DNA of 64,000 nucleotides from the NCBI GenBank assembly GCA_951406725.2, contig OX597826.1:53258001-53322000 (forward strand), given 5' to 3'. The notes under the pieces are model-generated. The model was not told the DNA's origin and did not search any database. It worked only from the letters and a program-made list of their open reading frames with translations. This document shows, piece after piece, positions 12,859-28,512 of the stretch (its first letter is position 1; every line of letters starts with the position of its first letter). The position numbers and the translations under genes were made by a program. This DNA comes from Octopus vulgaris (Eukaryota).

Positions 12859-13190
12859 ACACATTCACACAGTTTCTCTTTCACACATATATACAGTTTC
12901 CTTCTCTACTTTCTCACTCCCACACTCAGACAAGTTGCAGTTTCCCCTCTCTGTCTCCCGCTCTTTCTCCCTCACTCTTTCTCTTTCTCCCTCACTCTCT
13001 CTCTCTTTCTCTCTCACTCTTTCTCTTTCTCCCTCACTCTTTCTCTCTCTCTCTCTCCCTCTCGTACACACATTCACAGTTTCTCTTTCACACATATATA
13101 CAGTTTCCTTCTCTATTTTCTCACTCCCACACTCAGACAAGTTGCAGTTTCCCCTCTCTGTCTCCCGCTCTTTCTCCCTCACTCTTTCTC
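12852..13190. repeat. Tandem duplication (~130-bp core, ~208-bp period) in a CT-rich tract
   Basis: CTCGTACACACATTCAC...CTCAGACAAGTTGCAGTTTCCCCTCTCTGTCTCCCGCTC at ~12852 and ~13061. Confidence 0.9.
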
Positions 13191-13418
13191 TCCCTCTCTG
13201 TCACTCTTTCTCTTTCTCCCTCACTCACTCTCTCTCTCTCACTCTCTGTCACTCCTTTTCTCTCCCACCCACCCTTTCTTTCATTCATTCCTTTCGACGC
13301 AGGCGCAGCCTTCACTACCACACAAGCGCTATGAAAAACTCTATTCTCTTGCAAATTGCATGTTACGTTCCAGTCTCCATCAGAATATTAATCTATCCTG
13401 CATGTTTCAGTAGAAAAT

Positions 13419-13523
13419 ATGGATTACTTGCCAGGTTCCGATCTCCCCACACTTTGTGGTTACCTCTCCTGTTTAACCCTGGCTGTGGTCTTACTACTTC
13501 ATTACGTCATCGTTTCTCTGCAG
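13419..13523 (+). CDS. Possible first coding exon with a signal-peptide/anchor-like N-terminus
   Basis: Non-repetitive island between microsatellites. MDYLPGSDLPTLCGYLSCLTLAVVLLLHYVIVSLQ ends exactly at CAG|GTAAGC (phase 0). No homology recognised. Confidence 0.3.
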
Positions 13524-13564
13524 GTAAGCTCCCTTTCCGGTCCCGTTTCATTCATACACGCATG

Positions 13565-13595
<31 letters not shown>

Positions 13596-13984
13596 TCCTT
13601 CCTTCCTTCCTTCCTTCCTTCATTCATTCATTCATTCATTCATTCATATCAGTATACGCACACATGCGTCATCATATATTTCGAGATATACACAACTACT
13701 CACACACACATACACACACACACATACACACACACACGCACACACTGAAAACACACTTGAACAGACAAACACGCATACACACGCAAAAACACAAGCACAC
13801 ACACACACATACACGTACGCGCACACACATACACGCATACACACACACACACACACACACTATCAGATAGACAGATAAACACACGTTTAAACTTATGTGC
13901 AATACACACCTGTAAATATTCAGGGTAGACTACAGGTATTTATAAAATCATCAACAAAATACACGTATCCTAACGCGCACGCAC

Positions 13985-14045
<61 letters not shown>

Positions 14046-14079
14046 CCTACCTACCTACCTACCTATCAATCTATATATA

Positions 14080-14174
<95 letters not shown>

Positions 14175-14390
14175 CTATCTATCTGTTTATCAGTCTGTCT
14201 ATCTATTTATCTATCTATCTATCTATCTATTTATCTATCAATTGATCGATCGATCGATCTATCTATTTATCTATCAATTGGTCGATCGATCGATCGATCG
14301 ATCTACATAACATACAAGTAAATTAACGCTTGCTTTTATGTCGAGTTACAATAAAGTAAATTTTATATCAAACTCAATATTATATGTAGA

Positions 14391-14546
14391 GTACATATTT
14401 ATTATTCTTTTTCGAAGAGTAGTATTGACAGCGATTTCGAAATTTCGGCTTGCTAACTTTCGTCAGCTGTCCGAAGAGAGGTAGCAGGCCGAAACTTCGA
14501 AGTTACTGTCAACACTACTCTTCGAAAAAGAATAATACATATGTAC
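14391..14546. repeat. Imperfect fold-back element with ~65-bp arms
   Basis: TATTCTTTTTCGAAGAGTAGTATTGACAG...CTTGCTA / TAGCAGG...CTGTCAACACTACTCTTCGAAAAAGAATA. Confidence 0.9.
14427..14471 (-). ncRNA. Hammerhead-like motif in fold-back 14391-14546 (mirror copy on + at 14471-14510)
   Basis: Minus strand reads GACAG CUGACGA AAGUU agca AGCC GAA AUUUCGAAAU CG CUGUC. The plus arm reads CCGAAGA...GGCC GAA ACUUCGAAGU UA CUGUC. There is one extra nucleotide before helix I. Confidence 0.6.
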
Positions 14547-14743
14547 ATGTATGTGTGTGTGTGCATACGCACATATATGTATCTACGTATTGATGTATTT
14601 GCATAGATATGTATATATATTTATATATGTTAGAAGTATTGGGGGTGATGTACAGATTTAATACACTTGAAAGAAAAAAGGTGTTCAGAATGCTGGATGG
14701 TTGTAAAAATATATATTTATTTACATATCACATATTATTTCTT

Positions 14744-14786
14744 CATACTAGCGCTTTCAACTACTCCTGTAGTTTCATCAGAAATG
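14744..14786 (-). ncRNA. Type-I hammerhead ribozyme motif in the left arm of a 234-bp palindrome
   Basis: Minus strand reads CAUUU CUGAUGA AACUAC agga GUAGUU GAA AGCGCU A GUAUG. Core intact, 6-bp helix II, palindromic helix III, weak helix I. Confidence 0.85.
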
Positions 14787-14787
14787 T

Positions 14788-14825
14788 TTGATGAAACTAC
14801 AGGAGTAGCTGAAAGCGCTAGTATG
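14788..14825 (+). ncRNA. Mirror hammerhead motif in the right arm of the same palindrome (C3U variant, 5' helix I strand lost)
   Basis: UUGAUGA AACUAC agga GUAGCU GAA AGCGCU A GUAUG. Confidence 0.7.
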
Positions 14826-14900
14826 AAGAAATAATAAGTGATATGTAAATAAATATATATTTTTACAACCATCCAGCATTCTGAACACCTTTTTTCTTTC

Positions 14901-14973
<73 letters not shown>

Positions 14974-15031
14974 TGCATACATATATATTTTTTATATTTA
15001 TATATAAGTGTGTGTGTATGTGTTTCCTTTA

Positions 15032-15142
15032 GTGCCTTATAATTTAACACACTCACCGGTAAAATTTCCACTTTTTATTTTCCTAAAATTTTCGTTGCGT
15101 CTTGCAACATTTTCAATAGTCTTGTGTTAAATTATAAGGCAC
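15032..15142. repeat. Small fold-back element (20-bp arms) with a decayed hammerhead-like interior
   Basis: GTGCCTTATAATTTAACACA / TGTGTTAAATTATAAGGCAC. The minus-strand interior reads CUA UUGAAAA U GUUGC aagac GCAAC GAA AAUU U UAG. Confidence 0.75.
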
Positions 15143-15535
15143 AAAAAGAAAATGACTCTCAGAATATGCTTCAACACACGAACTCACGTAAAGAATCTTG
15201 CAAACCAAATCCCAAAACGAAATATATTTACTTATACATACGTACATACATACATATATTAGTTCCTCATTGCTAAAACGTGATTTAGATTTACTGATGA
15301 ATGCCGATGACCTAACAATTTAGAATTGTCTTAAAGTTTTACGTATGAAAGAACAATCCGGTTTACCAACTCAAAATGACATATCCATGTGTGTGTGTGT
15401 GTGTGTGTGTGTGTGATTGGCTACCTGTGGAAATTCAACGGGTGATAAATATTCAATTTTATTGTTAATTATAGCAAACAGATTTCAAGGAAATTAACTC
15501 TTTATCGTTTCATAGATTGCAAATTATACATGCAA

Positions 15536-15568
<33 letters not shown>

Positions 15569-15678
15569 AAATATATCAGCATGTAAACAAACATGTATGG
15601 TAGATACATACGTTCGCATTATTATACTGGTATATTTATACACTCTTACATAAGCAAACATACACACACATGCACATA

Positions 15679-15720
<42 letters not shown>

Positions 15721-15796
15721 ATATATATATGTATACATACACCTGCTTGTTGTTTATACACGTCTTCCTCTTTTTATTTTTCTGTAAATTTCAACG

Positions 15797-15827
<31 letters not shown>

Positions 15828-15833
15828 TGTATG

Positions 15834-15867
<34 letters not shown>

Positions 15868-17388
15868 TGTATGTATGTATGTATGTATGTATGTATGTAC
15901 GTACGTACGTATGTATGTATATATGTAAGTATGTATATATCCTGATGTACTTATTCACTCTTACACACACATACACACACAGATATATAGACAGCTAGAC
16001 ATATATATATACATAGATAGACAGACAGACAGACAGGCAGAAAGGAAGGATGGAATGAAGGCAGCAAAGTACGGGTATGCCTTTAAAAAGTTTGCTTCGT
16101 AGTCACGTGGTCTGGAGTTCGGTCCCACAGCGTTGCACCTCAGGCCTGTATCGTCTACCATAACCTTGACTTGCCACTGAAATTACTAGACGGAAACTGT
16201 GCAGAAGACTGACATATAAATGCGGACGTTAACGTATGTATGTATGCATGTATGTATGCATGTATATGTATGTATGTGTGTTTATGCCACTTATCAGCTA
16301 ATGGTACGAAGACAGATATTAAGATGATGAAAATACTGTGGCCAGTATAATCAGCCAAACTATTCAAGAGGGTCCCCCTGCATGGCCACAGTACAGGTTT
16401 CTCAAACAAATATAAGACTAAAAGGATATATTAGTCATCATTATTATTTTATACACTGTTACTATATAAAATATGCATCCAAAAGTTTACCAGAGGCTGT
16501 GTTTCTGCCCTTGAAAATTAATTATATATATTGGTTTCAAAGTTTGGCACAAGGCCAGCAATTTCGGGAGAGGTGTTAAGTTGGTTACATTGACTCCAGT
16601 GCCTAACTGGTACTTATTTTATTAATCCCTAAAGGGATAAAAGGCGAAGTTGACCTCAGCGGAATTTGAACTTGGAAGGTAATGACAGATTAAATGCCAC
16701 TATAAGCATTTTGTCCGGTGTGCTAACGATTCTTATGTCTTTATTGCCCACAAGGAGCTAAACATAGACGGGACAAGCAGGGACAGACAAAGGAATTAAG
16801 TCGAATACATCGACCCAGTGCATAACTGGTACTTAATTTATCGACCCCGAAAGGATGAAAGGCAAAGTTGACCTCGGTGGAATTTGAACTCAGAACGTAG
16901 CGGCAGACGAAATACCGCTAAGCATTTCGCCCGGCATGCTAACGATTCTGCCAGCTCGCCACCTTGCTAGAGTACACATTAGAGAACGTACAAACTCCTT
17001 ACTCTGTAATGGTCATGACAAAAGCAGGAATATTTCTGGCTTTATGACATCATATTTAATGTATTTTGAAGTTTCAAGATGTCGTAGGTTTAGTGCCGTT
17101 ATGTTTTTATACACACACACACACACACACGTAATGGGGTTGTGAGGTAAGGGGTATTTGTATCAGTAATTGTTATTTAGTGAATTATATAAATCCTATA
17201 TTGGCTTCAGTGTTTAAAGAGTTTTCATTTTCGTAATGAATTGTAATTCAACTACTTTGGTTATGTTTAATAATCAAATTTTTAATTTTTGTCGAGGTAA
17301 ACACATCTGTATACTGTCCCCTCCCAACACACATACACGTGTTTTTATGTGTATGTGTGTATGCATGCATGTGTGTGCGTATGTGTAC

Positions 17389-17426
<38 letters not shown>

Positions 17427-17652
17427 GTATATGAATGCGTACAGCTTGTTGAATCTGAATAAAGAGTGTGGTACTTTGAGATTTTGCCAAACTAATAAAG
17501 AAAAAGTGGGGTATCAGTGCGTGTCTTATTTAATTTGGCTGTACTACAATGTAACACTCACTTATATATGTGTGTGTGTGAGTGTATTTGGGTGTGTGAG
17601 TGTATTTGTGTGTGCGTTTGTGTGTACGTGCGTGTATCTTAGTGTATGTATA

Positions 17653-17877
<225 letters not shown>

Positions 17878-17881
17878 GTAT

Positions 17882-17945
<64 letters not shown>

Positions 17946-18641
17946 ATATATATATATGTATGTATATATATGTATATATATATATGTATGTATATATATG
18001 TATATATATATATGTATGTTTATATATATATATATATATATATACGTGTGTGTATGTGTGTGTGTATACAACACAGTAACTCAGTAATCAGGTAGTGATT
18101 TAGTTCTTTATTGGTGTGTGTATGTGTGTATGTGTGTGTACGTGTGTGCGATCATTCACACACAATCTATAGTGAGTGGAGTCATAACCTCAAGTCGAAG
18201 GTAAAGCCTCACCTGTTGTCTATCAAAATCGACTCTTTATCGATTTACATAAGACGCATGCAAGAAATTATTGCGATTTATCGAGTAACCGAGGCCTAAA
18301 CGAACATGATACTTCGATTTATGACCTGTTACAACTGCGACCCCATGACACACCTTGACCAATAAAACCCTTAATAACAGTCAATATAGAACGGCAACAA
18401 GGGGCTTGCTGGTTTATCTCCATCCAAGATACACCTATGAATCATCTGACTTGGTTTATGTGTTATGTGAGTGAGTATGTGTGTGTGTGAAATATTGAGT
18501 AATGAACGACTGAATGCTCAAATCTGTGTCTATAAATATAAAATCTACACACTATGACGGTTTTCTATTTCGTTTATACATATAAGCACACAAGCGCGCA
18601 CACAAACACACATATATACATGCTTCTCTCTCTCTCTCTCT

Positions 18642-19600
<959 letters not shown>

Positions 19601-19704
19601 ATATGTATGTATGCATGTATGTATGTATATATATATACATATATATACACACACACAACATATATACATACATACATACATATCTATCTATCTATCTATC
19701 TATC

Positions 19705-19736
<32 letters not shown>

Positions 19737-21101
19737 TATGCTTGTGTGTGTGTGTCTGTGTGTAAGTGTGTGTGTGTGTATGTGTGTGTTTGTGTGTGTA
19801 TACATGCATACATGCAGACACACACCTCTATATGTCTAGACAGCTTAAAGTGACTGGCATGAAAAGTTAACTTAAACAAACATCAAAATATATATAAACA
19901 TTCTATATATACATATTGTATTCCTTGACAAAGTGCCTTGCTTCTGGCAAAAGGCCGATGCATCGTAAACACATCTGCAGCTTTTGCCAACAGATGATAT
20001 GATGCGGCTAGATTTTTTGTAGTTGACTGCTTATTTATTATACACACTGATGCTGGCGGGATTTTTAAAAACTACATCCTCTGCTGTTTAACGAAGCCAT
20101 TTAAAACTTCACTTCTTTCGACTGCTGGTGCATGATGTAAAATCAAATTTCAAAATTAATAAATAAATACACAAAGGTGTATTAAGTATTTGTGATATTG
20201 GTAAATACCTCGTAGATGCTACGAGAAAATAATCTTATTGTATCAACCTTAGTAGAGAACTTTGAGAAATAGGAAAAATTCATATTTCTTAGTATGATAC
20301 ATAGAAATGTAAAACTAGCTGAAAATGTTTGAGAGAAGGAAAATAAATTAGGCTACTTATACATCAAGATAAATATACATCTATCAATATTGTTAGCAGT
20401 GTATCTCCTCGCTATGTTCGTCCGTCCCCCAAAGAGAGGTAAATCAGATCTTACTGAATGAATTTTTGTTGATTATTATATATCATCTCAAGCGTCAACA
20501 GTCATTTGGTGGTTAATGTTAAGAATATACTTATGTCATTGCTGGTAGTATCAAGTAATGTTACATATGTAATTAACTGATAGTTAAACAGTACTACTGT
20601 TCTTGATAACATATACCTATTGCAAAAACAAAAAAAAAGAAAACAGAAAAACACCAGAAATTTGTTTTATGTAATATCGTTTCAATATTATAAATATTTA
20701 TATTTTTAAAATGAATATTTATTTCCTTATTAAGGCGGCGAGCTGGCAGAATCGTTTGCACGCCACGTAAAATGCTTAGCAACATTTCTTCCCCGCTGAG
20801 ACCGACTTTACCTTTCATCCTTTCGGGGTCAATAAAATAAGTACGAGTTGATCACTGAGGTCGATGTAATCAACTTACCCCGCCCCACCCCGCGAAATTG
20901 CTGGCATTGTACCAAAATTCGAAATCAATATTTATTTCCGTATTCTGTATAAGCAACATGTTAATTTGAAAACAATAAAATTTTAATAGTCGTCTCTCTG
21001 TAACATTACTTGGTATTACACATCCTGGCGAAAGCATATTCCCAATATTACTCGCCATATTATGGATAATACCCTAATATTTTACATATTTAATATTCGG
21101 T

Positions 21102-21170
21102 GACAAAGTAATTGCTTTCTGGTAAAAAGATGATGCACCATATAGCACATCTTTGACCTTCATCAGTAAA
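21102..21170 (-). ncRNA. Hammerhead-like motif, helix I decayed
   Basis: Minus strand reads CUGAUGA A GGU c AAAGAUG UGC...GCA u CAUCUUU uu ACC A GAA AGCAAUUACU U. Long helix II, near-palindromic helix III. Confidence 0.55.
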
Positions 21171-21393
21171 ATATTAAAATTTAAATGAATTTCGTGTGTT
21201 GACTGGATATTATGCAAACCGGCTTTACCGTTACATTTATTGGGTGCATCCGGAACTTCGAATCACTCGATTACAGAATCATTATGCATAACATGATGCA
21301 CACAAAGAACACAACCAACAGAAATAATATGTAGACATAAACGTACACAAGTCACACGCGTATGCAGACACTCGCGTAACATCTCTCTGTCTG

Positions 21394-21445
<52 letters not shown>

Positions 21446-21499
21446 ACTGTCCGTCCGTCCGTCCGTCCGTCCGTCCGTCCGTCTGTCTGTCTGTCTCTG

Positions 21500-21567
<68 letters not shown>

Positions 21568-21633
21568 TATATATATGTACATATATATATGCAGATATAT
21601 ATGTACATATATATATATATATGCAGATATATA

Positions 21634-22385
<752 letters not shown>

Positions 22386-24320
22386 ATTATTCATACAAGG
22401 CTATATACATTTACAAACATTTATATGTATGTGTGTACGTTTGTACGTGCGTGTGTGTGTGCGTGTGTATGCATGTGTGTGTGCGTGTGTGTGCGTTGTA
22501 GTGTGTGTAATAGAATTAATAACGCAATACAGAAAGGTGTATACATATTTACACATAAATATATTTATGGCGTTTGTTCCAGCACTAACATCGATTCCGC
22601 TTTAAAACGGTTCTTGCCATCACAGATCTAACACTTACACAGAATTATGGCCATAATTTCTTTGTATGCCTTTGATATGCGATGAAAAGGACAACATGAA
22701 AGAGAAGCCGCACTTAGTGATGTAATAATCGCCATAAACATGCGTGTGTATGTATGCACCTTTCTTCATTTACGCACATTTCTGTATTAAGTTATTAATG
22801 CTTTCACATATGTGTGAGTGTACGCGTGTGACGTACGCGTGTACGAGTTGGTGTAGAAATAATCGTCATATATATTCTTTAGATGTATATTTTCCATTGA
22901 ATCCCTACTGCATCATTTAACCACACACACACACACACACACACGTTCGCACACATACATACATACATACATACATACACACATACATAAGGTATATATA
23001 TAAATTTATATATATCGTGTATATATGTGTGTTTGTGTGTTTATATTTGTACATTTATTTAGATAGATAATTATTAAGTTTTGTGTGTTGTGTGTCTTTA
23101 TGTGTGTGTGTACATGTTTGTGTGTGTGTGTGTATGTATGTGTGTATGTATGTATGCATGTGAGTGTATACATGTATGTATGTATGTATGTATGTATGTA
23201 TGTATGTATGCGTGTGTATGTATGTATGTATGTATGTATGTATGTATGCATGTGTGTGTATGTATGTATGTATCTATATATGTTGTACGTATGTATATAT
23301 GTACGTACGTATATAGTATATGTATACACACATATGCTTCATTTAATTTCATTTCACTTTCAAAATATTTTTATTTTAAAGTTTAGTATTCATTTCATTA
23401 TTTTGTATAAGCGTCATAGAGTTTGAATGCAGTAAAATTATAATAATTGCACCTATATTGCATTAACTAACATTACAGTAACAAAAGCCTGCTCCCACGT
23501 CTTCCGCCATTTATACATTCGAACACACGTACAATACAAACCTATATATACTTACATAGATTAGTATATACGAACATATATACAAACATATACACATACA
23601 TAGATACGTACATATATGCGTATATAGATACCGACATAGATACGTACGCACGTATCGATAAATAAGTTATTGATGTTGTTATCCAAATTCCCTAATGGCG
23701 CTTCAGTCTCATTGTGAGAAACCAGCTCTCTCTCCTTACAGGAAGAATTCTGTTATATTATGTTATCTCCGTTTGCTCAAATAACAACGGGCAATGGGGA
23801 ATCTCGTAATGGTAACATTCTGAGGTAAAGAATACAATTATATAAATAAAAATATGTGAAGACATACGTTCATACTTTCATATGTATATATAAATATGCA
23901 TAAGTATATGGCCGAACTTGGATTCTTGGGGAGAGAAAGCAAATGCTTAAATCATACGCTACAAATGATCACGATATCTGGGACTACAAAAATCTGCAAG
24001 ATCTTTTAATGGTTTAAAGGGTGAGAAACAAAACCAGATGTTTTTCTTCACAACCTTGCTATCAAGCAGGTGGCCACTCAAAATATATATATATATTGTG
24101 CTCTCCATACATTCTGATTGAATACTCTTTGCGCCAACATGTACCTCCTTACGATTGTGTAGCCTTTAATCTAACCAAGATATCCTTGATTTAAAGAGTA
24201 GCTGGTGGTATACACCTCTCTTGGATTTTACCACTTCCGAGGTTCCACTCGCTATGAAACATATGTAACCCGGATTTTCCATACCCTATTCCGTAACTAA
24301 TGCGTATATGTATGTGTGTG

Positions 24321-24380
<60 letters not shown>

Positions 24381-24497
24381 AACATACATATATACATACA
24401 TAAATACATACATACATACATACATACATACATACATAAATGCTGGCCAAAGCCTCGTGAGTGGATTCGGTCGACGGAAACTGAAAAGAAGCCCGTC

Positions 24498-24552
<55 letters not shown>

Positions 24553-25997
24553 CACGCACTCATATATATATATACATACATATATATATATATATGTATA
24601 TATTTGTATATATCTATGTGTGTCTTTGTGTCTGTGTATGTCCTAGTCAACATCGCTTGACAACCGATGATGGTAACTTAGCAGTTCGACAAAAGAACCG
24701 ATGGAAAGTACCAGGCTTACAAAAATGAGTCTTGGGATCGGTTTGTTCGACTAAAAGGCGGTGCTCCAACATGGCCGACGGTACCAACTAAAAGAAAAAA
24801 AGAATATGTACATATACACGTGTGTGTGTGTATGTATGTATGTATGTATGTATGTATGTATGTATGTATGTATGTATGTATGTATGTGGATGTATATATG
24901 TATATGTGTATAAATCAATATATACATACAGTGAGAGGGCCAAAAAAATATAAACATACTCGTAGAGTAGAAATACTTAAGTTTATAATGGGAAAGCAAA
25001 ATTGAAAAAAAAAACAATCAGTGGCACTCCGTCGGTTACGACGACAAGGGTTCCGGTTGATCTGATCAACGGAACAGTTTGCTCGTGAAATTAACGTGCA
25101 AGTGGCTGAGCACTCCACAAACACGCGGGAGATTCAGGGAAGAATCAGAATGAGACAGAATGTGACAAGACTGACCCTTTCAAATACAGGTACTACTCTT
25201 TTTTTTTTTCGAGCTGAGTGGACTGGACCAACGTGAAATAAAGTGTCTTGCTCAAGACACAACGCGCCACCGAGAATCGAACGCACAACCTGACGATCGT
25301 GAGCTGAATACCCGAACAACTAAGTCGCACGCCATTTCAGTAAGCCAAAAAAAAAACAACAACCAGAATTCGAATTCCTTTCTATTCTAGGCACAAGGCC
25401 CGAAATTTTGGGGGTGGGGACCAGTCGATTACATCGACTCCAGTACGCAACTCGTACTTAATTTATCGACCCCGAAGGATGGAAGGCAAAGTCGACCTCG
25501 GCGGAATTTGAACTCAGAACGTAAAAACAAACGAAATACTGCTAAGCATTTTGCCCAGCGAGCTAACGTTTTTATCAGCAAGTCACCTTATCAAGTTCTA
25601 ATTCTATTGCAATTTCACTGTAAAGTCTCATTAATTTTCTGTCTGAACTTGTGTCTCTGTATGCGAATTCTTAGTTAGACTGAGTTGGAATGTAACACCT
25701 GAGTAAATATTTGTTGCAACCATGTACACGTGTTATGGAATAAGCGAATCTAAACATAATACCTGCACCGTTAAATACTTCTAATTGTCTTACTGTTATA
25801 TCTATTATCTGGTAATAGATATAACCCAAATGCATGCATTCTTAGATATACTTATCAATATACAAACACATATAAACATACACACGCATACATATACGCA
25901 TATATCTGTTTGTCTGTTTGTTTGCCTGATTGTCTGTTTTCTGTTTGTCTGTCTGTCTGTTTGTCTGTTTCTTTCGATATATATATATATATATATA

Positions 25998-26481
25998 TAA
26001 ATTAGAGAAAAACCACTATTATGTAATTCAAACAAAGATAGACATAAACCAAATCATAAAAAATATATTATAAAACATAACTAGATCACAAATGTATTAT
26101 AGACACCTAGTCCTACTTTTTAAGTTTCAAATTTAGTTAATGGAGCTTCTTCTATAAGAACAATCATGATTTTATTTCTTTAAGAAATATTGTTTAATTC
26201 TATTTGATTATTTATTTAACTATTATTGTTATTATTGTTCACCTGAGGAGTGACTATACTTTTAAATTGAATTGTTTTTCGATTAAATTTAAATTTAATT
26301 GTAATTCGAATTGAAGTTTTAGCCACGAAACGTACGTAGTCTTTTTACTTATTATATATTGTATATTCATTTTTTTTGGTACTTTTTGTGATCTAGTTAT
26401 ATGTTTTATAATATATTTTTTATGATTTGGTTTATGTCTATCATTGCTTGAATTACGTAATAGTGGTTTTTCTCTAATTTA
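25998..26481. repeat. Fold-back element with ~95-bp arms, flanked by (TA)n
   Basis: TAAATTAGAGAAAAACCACTATT...CTAGATCACAAA (to 26092) / TTTGTGATCTAG...AATAGTGGTTTTTCTCTAATTTA (from 26385). Confidence 0.9.
26241..26340 (+). ncRNA. Hammerhead motif with a long extended helix II, inside fold-back 25998-26481
   Basis: AC CUGAGGA GUGACUA...(imperfect AT-rich hairpin, ~60 nt)...UAGCCAC GAA ACGUACGU A GU. Palindromic helix III, GUA triplet, weak helix I. Confidence 0.7.
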
Positions 26482-26993
26482 TATATATTATATATTTATA
26501 TTGTGAAATTTGATTTAATACTATACTGAATTTTTAAATTTTTCCCTGATATATATCTTTGTTGTTCACCATATTTTTGAGTCAGTAATGATCAAGTGAA
26601 ACTCGTAGAATTGTTCTCCATTTCGTTTCTCAGAGTCGGACCTGTAGTTTAACTACGTGATCTATTTCGCAATAAGGCAAGTGTCTGTTTATTAAATATA
26701 CATGTGTAAATCTATTTAGAATATAACAGATTTTGCGCGCGTGCGCGCGAGGAACTGTATTAATGTAGGAGTATAGCACGTGTTTTGGTTTGTTAGTGGC
26801 CCGGCAAAACATACCAATAAAATGAATAAGCATCAGACTCTAAAAAATATCAGTCGATTTGTTCGACAGAACCCTTCAACGCGGTGCCCCAGCATGACCG
26901 CAATCCAATCACTAAAACACTTAAAGGATATAGAACGTTACATTACACACAGCGTTGAGCAATTTTTCTTTCGTTTGTACTTTATCTATCTAT

Positions 26994-27039
<46 letters not shown>

Positions 27040-27144
27040 ACTCACACAAGCATACACGCACATATGCACATACAAACATAAATACATACTGACAGACAGA
27101 CATGTGTATCTATAGATAGTTAGATAGATAGGTAGGTATGTAGG

Positions 27145-27238
<94 letters not shown>

Positions 27239-27240
27239 TG

Positions 27241-27668
27241 TTTCTTTATTAGCCTCACAGGGCTGCACACAGACAAAATAAATTACAAGGTAGAGCTTTT
27301 CTTTTTGAGGAGAAAATAAAAGGGGAGGAGGTTTTCGATCAAAAGGGATCGTAAAAAGGAAAGAAAAAAAGGAAGAGAAGAAAAGAAAGGGGAAAAAACG
27401 ATCAATAGGGATCGTGTATCACAGAAATGTCATGATATAAAGTTTAAAGGGGAAATAGATTAGCTTTTATCCGTGGAAAGAAAAGACCACGGTAACCTCG
27501 GTCAATAATGTCACATGTTAACACATTTATTTGCAAGTAAGTAACTCTCTGTTTTAAAATTTTCCGTGTGGCTTCGTCATTCATACGTGCCATCCTTGCT
27601 ACATTCACCCATCTTTTTTTTTAAACATTCGCTAGACAAGACTTGCCTCTCTACTCTCACTTTCCTTT
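27241..27668 (-). mobile_element. 3' end of a LINE (possibly L1/Tx1-like)
   Basis: The minus strand encodes [37 protein letters not shown], followed by a pyrimidine-rich 3' UTR ending GCAGCCCTGTGAGGCTAATAAAGAAA. Flanked by (GATA)n on both sides. Confidence 0.55.
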
Positions 27669-27725
27669 ATAGACGGACAGACAGATGGACGGACGGACAG
27701 ACAGACAGACAGACAGACAGATAGG

Positions 27726-27823
<98 letters not shown>

Positions 27824-27830
27824 GGCAGGC

Positions 27831-27869
<39 letters not shown>

Positions 27870-28208
27870 GAGATAGATAGAGAGATAGATAGATAGATAG
27901 ATGTATCTGTTTCTTGCATGAATGCAAGGCATTCAAAGCACGCCTAAGATAAATAAATGCATGTTAATACCAAATCAGCTTTTTACTATATATCATTAAT
28001 ATTTATGAGTGATAGTTGGAACGAAGGAATAAACAAGCAATGTGCAGACTACTTCAATCATATGGCTTTGATTTAAAAAATGTCATGTTCTAACTACTAG
28101 AACCTGATATATATATATATATATATATATAGACCGTTAGCTCCTACACGCATTTTTTTCTCTCCTTTTTTTCTCTCCTTGTTTCTCTCCTTGTTTCTTT
28201 TCTGTGTA

Positions 28209-28246
28209 TCTTTCTGTCGAAGAGCGTAGGCTCTAAACGTAAAAGA
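28209..28246 (+). ncRNA. Hammerhead-like variant (CUGUCGA core), family shared with 3739-3774
   Basis: UCUUU CUGUCGA A GAGC guag GCUC UAA ACGU A AAAGA. Host unit ~28140-28345 is homologous to ~3665-3860. Confidence 0.55.
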
Positions 28247-28375
28247 CATGTTCTATTTCTATTCCTGAGCGCCATACTAATACATTTGTTTGTTTGTACT
28301 CCACCTGCCTTCGTCTTTTGTTCATTTTCGTAAACCTTCCCGTTATATATATCTGTGTGTGTGTGTGTGTTGACC

Positions 28376-28461
<86 letters not shown>

Positions 28462-28512
28462 GACCCTAATATATATATATATATATATTCTGCCTATATG
28501 TCTGTGCACACC

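Larger units (their letters stand above)
14668..14901. repeat. Near-perfect 234-bp palindrome (two ~113-bp arms, 8-nt spacer)
   Basis: TGAAAGAAAAAAGGTGTTCAGAATGC...TTTCATCA [GAAATGTT] TGATGAAA...GCATTCTGAACACCTTTTTTCTTTCA, with very few mismatches. Confidence 0.95.
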
